The notes below the pieces were generated by a model. The model worked only from the letters and a program-made list of their open reading frames with translations, made no database searches and was not told the DNA's origin. Both the position numbers and the translations under genes were made by a program. Of a DNA stretch of 35,770 bases, positions 9,479-19,144 are shown one piece after another. Positions within the stretch are counted from its first letter, which is position 1. Each line of letters starts with the position of its first letter. Source of the DNA: Rickettsiales bacterium (GTDB lineage Bacteria; Pseudomonadota; Alphaproteobacteria; Rickettsiales; UBA1997); NCBI GenBank assembly GCA_947496905.1, contig CANMEW010000001.1:1-35770 (forward strand). Reading direction: 5' to 3'.

Positions 9479-10217
9479 TCTTAAAAAAATTAAAAATTTT
9501 GCGGAAAAAATACTTTTTTTCGCCTCGAACTTGTTCAATAAATTGATCGCGCAGATTCATTTTCTTGATCCGAAAGAAAACACTAAGCAGCGTGTTGTCA
9601 CCTCTCTGACCCTCATCCCAATTGCGCTTTACGCAATTTTCTACTCCAAAAGTGTTTTCATTTTATTAGCAATCGCCATTGCAATTTTAATGACCGCTGA
9701 ATGGTTGGACATCATCAAAACCGCCAAGGATCAAAAAAAATGGCGCCTCATCGGACTCTTCTGCATCCTCATCCCAATCTACTCCGTCATTAAAATTCGT
9801 CTCCACAGCTCAGACATTTTATTTTGGATGTTTGCCGTAATCTGGTCGACAGACATCTTCGCGTTTTTCGCTGGCAAAACTTTGGGCGGGCCAAAACTCG
9901 CGCCACACATTAGTCCAAGCAAAACTTGGTCAGGACTTTGTGGCGGTGTCGCAGCTAGCATCCTCATTGGCTTCATGAGCTCATTCATGTTTAGCGGCGG
10001 AGTTTTATTTTTCGTAACCATCAGCGCATTACTAGCGGTGCTTGAACAAATTAGCGACTTACTCGAGTCGAAATTTAAAAGAATTTTTGGCGTGAAAGAT
10101 TCCGGCAACATCATCCCCGGACATGGCGGAGTGCTTGACCGCCTTGACGGAATGATGCTCGTCGCACCAGCCGTACTTTTTTTAATCACAGTTTTTTCGA
10201 GTAAATTCAGTGGATGA
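9465..10217 (+). CDS. cdsA: phosphatidate cytidylyltransferase
   Basis: In-frame ATG at 9465, overlapping the uppS end. It is a multi-pass membrane protein with the CdsA signature [27 protein letters not shown]. Confidence 0.85.
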   Translation: MVKGNLKKIKNFAEKILFFASNLFNKLIAQIHFLDPKENTKQRVVTSLTLIPIALYAIFYSKSVFILLAIAIAILMTAEWLDIIKTAKDQKKWRLIGLFCILIPIYSVIKIRLHSSDILFWMFAVIWSTDIFAFFAGKTLGGPKLAPHISPSKTWSGLCGGVAASILIGFMSSFMFSGGVLFFVTISALLAVLEQISDLLESKFKRIFGVKDSGNIIPGHGGVLDRLDGMMLVAPAVLFLITVFSSKFSG

Positions 10218-10989
10218 TTTTTTTGAAATTGCAGGACGAAAATTTACTTCGCGCCTCTTAGTCGGCACTGGTAAATACAAAGATTTTCAAGAAACCGCTG
10301 CCGCGATTAATGCCAGCGGCGCTGAAATTGTTACCGTTGCAGTACGTCGCGTGAACATCGAAAAAAAATCTGAGCCCATGCTGCAAGATTTTCTCGACCC
10401 CGCAAAATACACTTACCTCCCCAACACTGCCGGATGTTTTACTGCCGCTGATGCCGTGCGCACATTGCGCCTAGCCCGCATGGCAGGGGGATGGAATTTA
10501 GTGAAGTTAGAAGTTCTGGCGGATGAAAAAACTCTCTACCCAAAAGTTGTTGAAACCATCAAGGCCGCGGAATTGCTGGTCAAAGACGGTTTTGATGTAA
10601 TGGTCTACACTTCTGACGACCCAATCATTGCCAAAGAACTCGAAGACATCGGCTGCTGTGCAATCATGCCGCTAGCGGCTCCAATAGGATCTGGTCTTGG
10701 AATTCAAAATCGCCTCAACATCGAATTCATTGTTGAGCAATCAAAAGTTCCGGTGCTGGTTGATGCCGGAGTCGGCACGGCATCTGATGCTGCAATCGCA
10801 ATGGAGCTTGGTTGCGACGGAGTGCTAATGAACACCGCAATTGCCAAAGCTAAAAATCCAATCCTCATGGCGCATGCCATGAAGCTTGCAATTGAAGCTG
10901 GTCGCGCTGCTTACCTCGCTGGTAGAATGGAAAGAAAAAAATTCGCCTCACCCTCATCTCCCGCCGCTGGAAAAATAAATCTCTCCTAA
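10210..10989 (+). CDS. thiG: thiazole synthase
   Basis: 259 aa. LLVGTGKY, the LVKLEVL Schiff-base lysine region and PIGSGLGI are typical of ThiG. The GTG start overlaps the cdsA end by 8 nt. Confidence 0.9.
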   Translation: MDDFFEIAGRKFTSRLLVGTGKYKDFQETAAAINASGAEIVTVAVRRVNIEKKSEPMLQDFLDPAKYTYLPNTAGCFTAADAVRTLRLARMAGGWNLVKLEVLADEKTLYPKVVETIKAAELLVKDGFDVMVYTSDDPIIAKELEDIGCCAIMPLAAPIGSGLGIQNRLNIEFIVEQSKVPVLVDAGVGTASDAAIAMELGCDGVLMNTAIAKAKNPILMAHAMKLAIEAGRAAYLAGRMERKKFASPSSPAAGKINLS

Positions 10990-11209
10990 GGAGCCTCTGA
11001 AGCACCAAGTTTTTTAAAAAGTCTCGGCGCCGAGACTTTTTAAACTTTTTACTCAGTTCAGGACTGGCGCGGCTCTGTAAATTTAAATTCGCAAAAAACT
11101 AACAGAAACTCACCATTCAAAAAATGAGCCCTAGAGCTGCAAGGGTTCAACTTTTTAAAATCGTATTTTTTCTGCAGTGTTTTTTGCACTCAATACTGAC
11201 TTCAGAGCC
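10990..11209. mobile_element. long variant related to family A (same ggNgcctctgaa termini, different interior)
   Basis: ggagcctctgaag ... cttcagagcc inverted termini with TAA on both flanks (10987-10989, which is the thiG stop, and 11210-11212). The interior carries a terminator hairpin. Confidence 0.55.
11016..11042 (+). terminator. intrinsic terminator after thiG, located inside the repeat variant
   Basis: aaaaagtctcggcgccgagacttttt: a perfect GC-rich palindrome followed by a T run. Confidence 0.65.
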
Positions 11210-11263
11210 TAAGAACTTTAGAAAAATTCTGTCAAAACTCCAACCATTTTGCCATTCATCACC

Positions 11264-12838
11264 ATGAAAATAAGAAATCTCTCGCTCTCATTACTCTACA
11301 TTCTACTTATTTTTTCTAACTCAAATCAAGCGCTAGCGCAAAAAATTTCTGCTGGCGAAGCGACGCCTGCGGAAAAAATTTCCGTGCTGAAGCCGTCGGT
11401 AAAAGAAAAAAAGCCGGCTGAAGAAATTGTTAGCGCAATAAAAATTGAATCTGTTCCACCGAAGCAGCTAGCAATGACGGGCTTTGCCGACATTGTTGAA
11501 GAATTGCTGCCAGCAGTGGTAAATATTTCTGCCTTGCAAGAAGTTCAAACTGGCGGATCAACAATCGACCAAGTTTTGCTTGGTGAATTGCCAAAAACTC
11601 TGCCCTTCGAAGACTTCCGCAATCAGCTCGAAAACCAATTTCGCGGCGGGCAAGGGCAGAAGAAAAAAGTCTCCTCAATTGGTTCAGGATTTCTCATTTC
11701 CAAAGACGGCTTCATTGTTACCAACAGCCACGTCATTGAAGATGCAGATGAAATTACCGTGAGTCTTCATGACGGCTCGAAATACAAAGCTAAAACCATT
11801 GGCATCGACAAAAAAACCGATCTCGCCTTACTGAAAATTGACGCCGTTAAGGATTTAAAATTTGCAAAATTTGGCGACTCCAACAAAGCAAGAATAGGCG
11901 ATTGGCTCATTGTCATCGGTAACCCTTACGGGCTTGGTGGATCTGTCTCAGTAGGAATAGTTTCGGCACGCGGTCGCGACATTAACAACGGGCAAACTGA
12001 CGATTTCATTCAAACCGATGCCGCCATCAACAAAGGAAATTCCGGCGGTCCATTGTTCAATTCTAAGGGCGAAGTAATCGGCATCAGCACCGCAATTTTT
12101 TCACCATCTGGCGGTAATGTTGGAATTGGTTTTGCCACCACATCTGCAACTGCAATGCAAATTGTGAAGCAGTTGAAAGAGCAAGGTGAAGTTACTCGCG
12201 GATGGCTTGGCGTATCGGTTCAAGATGTTTCTGAAGAAATAGCGCAATCGATGAAAATGGAGAAAACCAAGGGTGCTTTTGTTGTCGACGTTACCAAAGG
12301 CGGGCCAGCGGAAAAGGCGGGAATTGTGCCAGCCGACATCATTGTAAAATTCAACGACGAAGAAATTTCTGAGATGAAAATTTTACCAAAAACAGTTTCA
12401 AAATATCCGGTTGGAAAAAGTGCAAAACTCGTGGTTTTGAGGCAGGGGAAATTTAGAATCATCAAGGTAATGGTTGAGAAAATGCGTGACGAGGATCCTA
12501 AAAAGCCAGAGGCGAAATCATTGGAAAAACAACAGACGCTTAAGCCGGCCACTCAGCTTCTAGGGCTTAGCCTCTCAGAGATTGCCAGCAAAGTTAGAAA
12601 GGGGAAAGTGGAGTCTGTAACGGAAGGTTTGCTGGTTGTAGATGTGAGTCTAAAATCAGAAGCGGCAGAAAAAAACATCATGGTTGGAGACGTTATTTTG
12701 TCTGCTAATCAGGTGCCGGTAAAAGCAATTAACGAACTAAAATCCATCATTGAAGAGACTTCCAAATCCACCAAAAAACTTTTCCTTTTTATAAAAAGAG
12801 GTGATGCCAATTACGGCGCCGTCATTGCGGTGAAGTAG
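11264..12838 (+). CDS. htrA: periplasmic serine endoprotease, HtrA/DegP family, two PDZ domains
   Basis: ATG 11264 gives the signal peptide MKIRNLSLSLLYILLIFSNSNQALA. The catalytic triad contexts TNSHVI, DLALLK and GNSGGPL are present. Confidence 0.9.
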   Translation: MKIRNLSLSLLYILLIFSNSNQALAQKISAGEATPAEKISVLKPSVKEKKPAEEIVSAIKIESVPPKQLAMTGFADIVEELLPAVVNISALQEVQTGGSTIDQVLLGELPKTLPFEDFRNQLENQFRGGQGQKKKVSSIGSGFLISKDGFIVTNSHVIEDADEITVSLHDGSKYKAKTIGIDKKTDLALLKIDAVKDLKFAKFGDSNKARIGDWLIVIGNPYGLGGSVSVGIVSARGRDINNGQTDDFIQTDAAINKGNSGGPLFNSKGEVIGISTAIFSPSGGNVGIGFATTSATAMQIVKQLKEQGEVTRGWLGVSVQDVSEEIAQSMKMEKTKGAFVVDVTKGGPAEKAGIVPADIIVKFNDEEISEMKILPKTVSKYPVGKSAKLVVLRQGKFRIIKVMVEKMRDEDPKKPEAKSLEKQQTLKPATQLLGLSLSEIASKVRKGKVESVTEGLLVVDVSLKSEAAEKNIMVGDVILSANQVPVKAINELKSIIEETSKSTKKLFLFIKRGDANYGAVIAVK

Positions 12839-13345
12839 GTGCACCCAGTCCTCAAAATCATTCTGCGTTTGGCAATAATTTTTGCGGTTATTTTTACCGT
12901 GATTCAGCCCTACAACTGGTTCTGCCAAATTGAGCGCAGCTGCGAGCCATTTTACTTTTCCTACTATTACCCGAAGAGAGAAGGCATCAAGCCAATCACC
13001 ATTCGTTTCGTAATTCAAAATTACCGCGAAGACCTAGATTTTACTGTAGATCAGCAAACTTTGGAAACAGTTTCGGGAAGAAAAAATACCGTAACCTACC
13101 ATGCTAAAAATCTGTCCAATCGCGTGATTCGCTTTCGTCCAAAATTACAAGTTAGAACAGAGTCATTCGCCAAATATTTAACTCGTTACGAATGCCCATG
13201 CTTCCACGAATACAAACTAAAAAAGGGCGAGGAAATAGAATTAAAAATGAAATTTATGGTTGATCTAAACGACTTAAAAAAAGAAAAAAATTTGAGTCTA
13301 GATAGGGGCGCAATTGTCGCAGAAATTCTGTACAAAATAAAATGA
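12839..13345 (+). CDS. ctaG: cytochrome c oxidase assembly protein CtaG/Cox11-like (divergent)
   Basis: 168 aa. It has an N-terminal TM helix, a WFCQ segment and a CPCF..Y.L..GEE motif resembling the Cox11 CFCF copper site. Confidence 0.5.
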   Translation: MHPVLKIILRLAIIFAVIFTVIQPYNWFCQIERSCEPFYFSYYYPKREGIKPITIRFVIQNYREDLDFTVDQQTLETVSGRKNTVTYHAKNLSNRVIRFRPKLQVRTESFAKYLTRYECPCFHEYKLKKGEEIELKMKFMVDLNDLKKEKNLSLDRGAIVAEILYKIK

Positions 13346-14331
13346 TTAACATCGGCAATATTCAGCTCCAAGACAATGTCCTACTAGCTCCAATGTCGGG
13401 AGTAACCGATCTACCATTCCGTCGTTTAGTGAAAAAATTTGGCGCTTCGTTGGTGATTTCAGAAATGATTGCCTCGCGCGCAATGATTCTGCAAACGCGC
13501 GAATCGATGAAAAAATGTCAGAAGGATGATTCGCAATTTCCAATGTCGGTACAGCTTGCAGGATGTGACCCTGAAGTAATGGCGGAGGCGGCAAAATTAA
13601 ATGAAGATTTGGGCGCTGACATCATTGACATCAATTTCGGATGTCCGGTGAAAAAAGTGGTGAATGGTCTTGCTGGGAGTGCTTTGATGAAAGACGAAGC
13701 TCTCGCAACTAAAATTATGGAAGCGGTGGTGAAGGCTGTAAAAATTCCCGTCACAATGAAAATGCGTTTGGGCTGGAATTACGAAAATCTGAACTCGCCA
13801 AGTTTGGCAAAAAAAGCCGAAGATGTCGGAATTAAAATGCTTACTGTGCATGGCCGCACACGTTGCCAAATGTACAATGGTAGCGCGAATTGGGAGCTAA
13901 TCTCGCGAGTAAAAGAGGCAGTAAAAATTCCGGTAATCGCCAATGGTGACATTAGAAATTCATCCGATGCAAAAAAAGCATTAGAGCTCTCGAAGGCAGA
14001 TGGAGTAATGATTGGGCGCGCTTGCTACGGAAGACCTTGGATAATTAACCAGATTAATGCCGAGTTGCGTGGAGAGGTGGTGGCAAGCGTGCCAACAATT
14101 GAGGAGCAGAAGGAAATTGTGCTAAACCATTTTAGCGAGATGATCGAGCATTATGGTGAGCAAGTTGCGATTCCTTTAGCGCGCAAACATATTGGCTGGT
14201 ACAGCGGAGGATTAAAAGGTTCAGCAGAATTTCGCGCTAGAATAAATGTGACTGGAAGTGATGCGGGTGGAGCAGACAGTGTGCGCAGCGTGATTAATCA
14301 ATTTTATGACTTGCAGACGAGTCAGGTTTAA
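13342..14331 (+). CDS. dusB: tRNA-dihydrouridine synthase
   Basis: 329 aa. The motifs LAPMSGVTDLPFRRL, DINFGCPVKKV and LTVHGRTR are Dus-family motifs. Confidence 0.82.
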   Translation: MINIGNIQLQDNVLLAPMSGVTDLPFRRLVKKFGASLVISEMIASRAMILQTRESMKKCQKDDSQFPMSVQLAGCDPEVMAEAAKLNEDLGADIIDINFGCPVKKVVNGLAGSALMKDEALATKIMEAVVKAVKIPVTMKMRLGWNYENLNSPSLAKKAEDVGIKMLTVHGRTRCQMYNGSANWELISRVKEAVKIPVIANGDIRNSSDAKKALELSKADGVMIGRACYGRPWIINQINAELRGEVVASVPTIEEQKEIVLNHFSEMIEHYGEQVAIPLARKHIGWYSGGLKGSAEFRARINVTGSDAGGADSVRSVINQFYDLQTSQV

Positions 14332-14481
14332 TTCGTGTAGTCGGGGACCACCACCGCGCAAACCCAGCGCGTGCACTCATATTCCCAGTGAAGGTTTTGT
14401 ATTCTGGCACACCCCCGACAAGCAGAATTTTTTACAAAAAAAATTCTTTGCAACTTCTATTCGTGAGATTCTGTACAAATT

Positions 14482-15198
14482 TTACGAAGTGAGATCCGCA
14501 CTACTTTTTTCAATCGCCTCTTCCAACTTCAGAATAAATTCTTGCTTAGAAAGACTCGGTTCAATTGGTGTTAAAAATTCCAAAGTGATTGTTCCCGACT
14601 TCTTCAGAATTTTATTTTTCTCCCAAAAAATTCCTGAATTTAATGCCACTGGCACAACCTTTACACCGCAAGAAAGGTAGAGTGCAGTTACTCCAGCTTG
14701 GTAAGGATATTTTTCTACGGAAGCGCCAACTGGCACCCGAGTGCCTTGTGGAAAAAGAATGATGTTTTGATTCCTGCCCAAATATTTTTTTGCCTGCTTG
14801 ATTAGATCTTTCAGCGCCGATGCTCCACCTTTCCGATCCACGCTGATCCCACTCATGATGTGCAAATACCAACCGTAAAATGGAATTCGCAGAAGCTCTT
14901 TTTTGAAGGCGTAAACCGGACGGTCAAAAACCAAATGCATGACGATTGTTTCCCACATCGACTGATGCTTGCAGGCAATGATGCAAGGCTCTTGCGGAAT
15001 GTTTTCCAACCCAATGATTCTGTGATTAATTTTGCACAATTTTCTGAGCATGAACAGTCCAACAATCGCCCAAATTTTTGCACCATGGTCAGCTATTTTT
15101 GCACTTCTGAAAATGAAGGCGGGGAAGTAAATGATGGGAATGATGGCGCCCCAAGCATTGATGAACAGCCAAAATAAAATTGATGAGATGATGTTCAT
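14482..15198 (-). CDS. plsC: 1-acyl-sn-glycerol-3-phosphate acyltransferase
   Basis: 238 aa. It has an N-terminal TM helix, the acyltransferase block KHQSMWE and the FPQGTR block. Confidence 0.82.
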   Translation of the reverse strand: MNIISSILFWLFINAWGAIIPIIYFPAFIFRSAKIADHGAKIWAIVGLFMLRKLCKINHRIIGLENIPQEPCIIACKHQSMWETIVMHLVFDRPVYAFKKELLRIPFYGWYLHIMSGISVDRKGGASALKDLIKQAKKYLGRNQNIILFPQGTRVPVGASVEKYPYQAGVTALYLSCGVKVVPVALNSGIFWEKNKILKKSGTITLEFLTPIEPSLSKQEFILKLEEAIEKSSADLTS

Positions 15199-15200
15199 TT

Positions 15201-16205
15201 CTAATTCGGTGTAGAGCCTGATTTACCGCGGAATAAATATTTTTTTTTGAGGAAAATAATTTGCAGCATTGCCGTAGCAACAATGGCAATGACCATCCAG
15301 CTAAAAGCATTGCTGTTGTCAACGCCGGGAACGCCTCCAATATTGACGCTGAAGATGCTGGTGAAAAAAGTTAGCGGGATAAAAATTGAAGCAACGAGTG
15401 ACAAGTTGTACATGCTTTTGTTCAACTTTTCAGTAAGTCCGTGAAAGAGTTCGTCATGCAGAATTTGTGAACGATCACGTACCTCATCGACCTCCTCAAT
15501 CATCAGAGTGATGTGATCTAGATGTTCTTGGAAATGCCTTTTTGCCCAATCGTCAATCCATTCATGATCGCAAATTCGTAGCTTGGCAATTGCCTCTCTT
15601 TGCGGGGAGAGGTAGCGTTTGAAGACGGTTGATTGCGTTCTGATTTTTAAAACTTCCTCACGAAAAACCACATTGTGAGTGGTCATGATTTTTTCTTCCA
15701 AATCATCAACTTTTTCACCGAGAGCGTAAAGGAATGGAGAGGTAACGGCAAGAATTTGGTAGAGAAGATTGTACAAAAATTCGCCGGAATTTTTGATTGT
15801 TTTTCCGGAATCAATTTGTGCACGAATGTCTGACACCGCCTTCATGTTGCGACGCTGCAACGTAATGATGCGGTATTTGTCAACCCACATGCGGATTGAA
15901 ACCATGTCTTCTGGTTCGGAACTTTGATTGAGATTAACGCCGCGCAAAATGATGAGAAGGCCATTGTCGAACTCCATGACCCGAGGGCGAGTCTCTTCGG
16001 CAATGAGGGCGTCAATGATTAGATGATCGAGATAGTTAACTTCGCGCTCTAACCACTTCTTGGTTGATTTGTTGTTGGCATCAAGGTGAACCCAAGCCAA
16101 GCCTTCATTCTTTAACTCTTCCGACACTTTCTGATTGTCCAATTTCACCGACTTACCGTCAGCGCCGAAAGAGTAGGAGAAAAGAATGTGGCTTGATGCG
16201 GTCAT
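15201..16205 (-). CDS. zntB: CorA-family divalent cation transporter, ZntB-like
   Basis: 334 aa. It has two C-terminal TM helices with FSVNIGGVPG, similar to the ZntB GVNxGGxPG loop. Confidence 0.72.
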   Translation of the reverse strand: MTASSHILFSYSFGADGKSVKLDNQKVSEELKNEGLAWVHLDANNKSTKKWLEREVNYLDHLIIDALIAEETRPRVMEFDNGLLIILRGVNLNQSSEPEDMVSIRMWVDKYRIITLQRRNMKAVSDIRAQIDSGKTIKNSGEFLYNLLYQILAVTSPFLYALGEKVDDLEEKIMTTHNVVFREEVLKIRTQSTVFKRYLSPQREAIAKLRICDHEWIDDWAKRHFQEHLDHITLMIEEVDEVRDRSQILHDELFHGLTEKLNKSMYNLSLVASIFIPLTFFTSIFSVNIGGVPGVDNSNAFSWMVIAIVATAMLQIIFLKKKYLFRGKSGSTPN

Positions 16206-16206
16206 T

Positions 16207-16764
16207 CTATTCAGATTTTGTGTTAAGTTTTTTTAGTGAGAAAATTGATTTTCCTGACGAAGAAAATCCTTTTTTTGCGTTAGAAATTATGATCATCGAT
16301 TGGTCATCAACTAGGTACATCCTGTCTTCATATTTCACCTCCCGTTTAACGTCATTTTCTTTTAGCGTTAAGGCATAAAGCATCTGAGCAGCATTGCCAA
16401 TTTGCTTACCTTGTCCCGGAGATGAAACGTCGTGCCCAATTGCCTCAAAAGTACCGTTTTCATTAAGCGTAACTAACCAAGTCCTGCTGTCCTTTTTGTC
16501 GCCAGCAAAAATGAAGTTTTGCTGGATGACGCCTTTATTTCCGTCCCACTTAGCGTTGATTTTCACCGTTTGAGTGCCAGTGATTTTTCCATCCTCGTCT
16601 TGAGTAATTGCGAAGCCCTCGATGTCGCCATTAAAGAATTTTTTGAAATCCATTTTTGCGCCATTGTCCAAGTAATCGATTGGAGCTGGTTTGTTCATTG
16701 ATGAGCAAGACACAATTAGTGAGGCGAGAATAATTGCGGAAGAAAAGCGAAGAAAAATTTTCAT
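16207..16764 (-). CDS. DUF3833-family lipoprotein
   Basis: Lipobox LIVSCSS. The FFNG..EGF...Q...GK pattern and the ~185 aa size match my memory of DUF3833. Confidence 0.6.
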   Translation of the reverse strand: MKIFLRFSSAIILASLIVSCSSMNKPAPIDYLDNGAKMDFKKFFNGDIEGFAITQDEDGKITGTQTVKINAKWDGNKGVIQQNFIFAGDKKDSRTWLVTLNENGTFEAIGHDVSSPGQGKQIGNAAQMLYALTLKENDVKREVKYEDRMYLVDDQSMIIISNAKKGFSSSGKSIFSLKKLNTKSE

Positions 16765-16955
16765 GGTTAGTTTGTTTAGTTGGTTGGAAGGGTTGAAAAG
16801 TGTGTTTTATGAAATTGTTGGGGATATAACGCGGAGCGGCTGCTGCTCTGTCAGAATTGTCAGATTTGGTTTCAGAATTTCTTCCTTCTTGACGCGACTC
16901 AGTTTCAGCTTCTTGCGATGCGGTTGCGGCGTCAGTTTGACTTACAGTTAACCCT

Positions 16956-17965
16956 CTAAATCCATCCGCTAGATATTCCTCCGCCGTAGATTGCACTCTT
17001 AGATTTTAATCTCTCATCTCTCATTTTGGAGAAGTCGTCCCCAGCATGGTAGGAAGAGCGAGTTAATGGACTTGAAGAAACCATTAGAAATCCTTTGCTG
17101 TAGGCCATTTTTTTGTAGAACTCGAATTCGTCTGGATGGACGTAGCGATCAACCGGAGCATGGCGCAATGTTGGGCGCAGATATTGTCCAATGGTCAGAA
17201 AGTCGATGTCAGCGCAGCGCATGTCATCCATCACCTGCAGAACTTGTTCCTTGGTTTCTCCAAGACCAACCATCAATCCAGATTTTGTAAACATCGTAGG
17301 GTCGATTTCTTTGACGCGCTTCAAAAGCCAGAGAGAATGAAAGTAACGAGCACCGGGACGAATTGTGGCGTAAAGCCCAGGTACGGCTCGATATTGTGAT
17401 TAAATACGTCTGGCTTCGCGGCAACGACTTTTTCTAACGCACCATTTTTACGCAGAAAATCTGGCGTTAAAATTTCGATTGTAGTTTGCGAAGACTTTCT
17501 ACGCACATTCTCGATGCATTTCACAAACTGATCTGCGCCACCATCAGCTAAGTCATCGCGATCAACAGAAGTAATTACGATGTGTTTCAGGCCAGAAACC
17601 TTTGCGACATCACCAACATTTTCTGGCTCGTGAGGATTTACCACATCTGGCTTGCCAGTCTCAATGTTGCAAAAAGAGCAGGCTCTTGTGCAGACGGAGC
17701 CTAGGATCATCACCGTTGCATGCTTTTGTGCCCAGCATTCGCCGATGTTTGGACATGCTGCTTCTTCGCAAACAGTGTGTAATTTTTTTGAGTTGAGAAG
17801 CTCTTTGGTTTCGTAATAGCCCTTGGAAACAGGCGCTTTAACACGGATCCAATCCGGTTTGCGCTCCATTTTTTCTTTAGGAAAATTTTCGGCAAAGCCC
17901 ATCGCGTCCTTGTTGTCGCGCTTAGCTATTTGCCCTGACTCTCTTTTTTCTTCGCGGGTTTGCAT
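16956..17965 (-). pseudogene. lipA: lipoyl synthase interrupted by a 1-nt frameshift
   Basis: ORF 17321-17965 carries [13 protein letters not shown] and the radical-SAM CTRACSFCN, then ends ...FNHNIE plus out-of-frame residues. ORF 16956-17324 carries the LipA C-terminus. Reading ATCGAG-(N)CCGTACCTGGG in the other frame gives (T)[29 protein letters not shown], which is contiguous LipA. Confidence 0.85.
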
Positions 17966-17968
17966 TAA

Positions 17969-18056
17969 TACCGAATCTGATTGAAGACACCGAACTAATC
18001 TTTGTCAGATTCGGCATGGGGTTCCCCACAACGTGGGGCGCGACTCATGTCGCGTA
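17969..18056 (-). repeat. family B multi-hairpin element
   Basis: Its reverse complement aligns with 32667-32763. Both carry the shared hairpins cgcgac-atga-gtcgcg, ccccac-gtt-gtgggg and ccgaatctga...tcagattcgg. It fills the lipA/phoU spacer. Confidence 0.65.
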
Positions 18057-18064
18057 GAAATAAT

Positions 18065-18724
18065 TTATTTCGTCTCTCCAGTGATCACATATTTTGTGAT
18101 TTCAGCGATGTTAGTTGAGTGGTCGGCGAGGCGCTCAAAACTTTTGGCGATGAATAAAATGTTAATAATTTTTTCTGTCTGCTCTTTGCTAAAACTTTCC
18201 CCTTCTAAGATACTGAAAAGCCCACTGTAGATTGAGTCTATTTGGTCATCGCGCTCTAACACTTCCTCCGCCATTACTGCATTTTGATCGTTAAAAGCGA
18301 CGACGGAATCGTGAACCATAACCTTCGACAATTGCACCATTTCTAGCAGAGATTTCTTTACGCTGTCATCGAAGGCTTTGTGTCCAATGCGGTTAACTTT
18401 TTTGATGATACTTTTCGCCTGATCTCCAACTCTTTCTAAATTTGAAGACACTTTCAACGCAGAAACAATGTAGCGCAGATCGACAGCCATCGGCTGACGC
18501 ATCGCAAGCATGGCGGTCACTTTGCGCTCAATCAAAAAATCTAATGAATTGATTTTGTAGTCGTGGCTCGTGATTTTTTCCAAATAATCATCGTGATGAT
18601 GGCGGATCATTTCAGCAACCATGTCGATTGAAACCGAGACCAAATCTCTCATTGTGTCGAGTGTTTCAGCAATTGATTGCAGATCTTTGTCGTAGGATTT
18701 TACGGTATGTTCTTTGAGGCTCAT
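18065..18724 (-). CDS. phoU: phosphate signalling complex protein PhoU
   Basis: 219 aa with two PhoU repeats (E..VD..Y and ERVGDQA / ERLADHS). Confidence 0.9.
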   Translation of the reverse strand: MSLKEHTVKSYDKDLQSIAETLDTMRDLVSVSIDMVAEMIRHHHDDYLEKITSHDYKINSLDFLIERKVTAMLAMRQPMAVDLRYIVSALKVSSNLERVGDQAKSIIKKVNRIGHKAFDDSVKKSLLEMVQLSKVMVHDSVVAFNDQNAVMAEEVLERDDQIDSIYSGLFSILEGESFSKEQTEKIINILFIAKSFERLADHSTNIAEITKYVITGETK

Positions 18725-18772
18725 TTTGAAGAAAATTTTGGTGAAAGAAGCGCGCTAAAATCAAGCAACTAA

Positions 18773-19128
18773 AGAGAGCCTCTAAAAATTAGAATTTTTC
18801 GAGGAGTTTGCAGTGACGGCGGAGCCGGAAAAATGCATCGCATTTTTAACTGACAAATGACGCAAGGCCGTAAGGCCTGAGTAATTTGCGACTTGTCGAT
18901 AAAAAATAAAATTTTCAAGTAAAACGGGAATGAGCGAAGCGAATCCTTAGGCATCCGAATTTTTGAGCAGGAAAGCGTACTACTTGTACGATTCGAGCAC
19001 AGGGATCGAGCTTAAGCTCGATGCCCGTTCTTACTAAAAATAGCTTCGCATTTTTTTAACGCTCGAACCTCGCGAGCAAATTTGTCTGACGACAAAATTA
19101 CCGGAAAAAGCAATTTTTAGAGGCACTC
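18773..19128 (+). mobile_element. family A element carrying two nested insertions
   Basis: Family A left arm (18773-18809), core (18947-18990) and right arm (19070-19128) are interrupted by ~138 bp (18810-18946) and ~79 bp (18991-19069). The second insert contains the perfect palindrome atcgagcttaagctcgat. Confidence 0.7.
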
Positions 19129-19144
19129 CAAACAATTAATCAAC

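Noticed and set aside
9779-10189. Antisense or overlapping ORFs inside confident genes (for example 579-1013, 9779-10189, 12220-12552, 13518-13869, 14612-15177, 21743-22048, 22534-22923, 30078-30383, 31264-31608, 34645-34932)
   Set aside because: They lie fully within well-supported genes on the opposite strand or in another frame. They show no family resemblance and are typical open-frame noise.
14340-14419. Possible tRNA, because a 7-bp closing stem encloses about 66 nt
   Set aside because: On either strand there is no D-arm, no T-arm with a 7-nt T-loop correctly spaced before the 3' acceptor strand, and no sensible anticodon arm. I kept it only as an unexplained GC-rich structure.
16631-16996. 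121-aa ORF spanning the DUF3833/lipA spacer
   Set aside because: It overlaps the 5' end of the lipoprotein gene and the 3' end of lipA in other frames. Its composition is low complexity and no recognisable family or start context is present.
18769-18954. 61-aa ORFs lying inside family A copies (this one and 24679-24864)
   Set aside because: Both are read-through of the repeat sequence. The shared ..LIFRG.. peptide simply reflects the conserved atttttagagg terminus. They are not independent genes.
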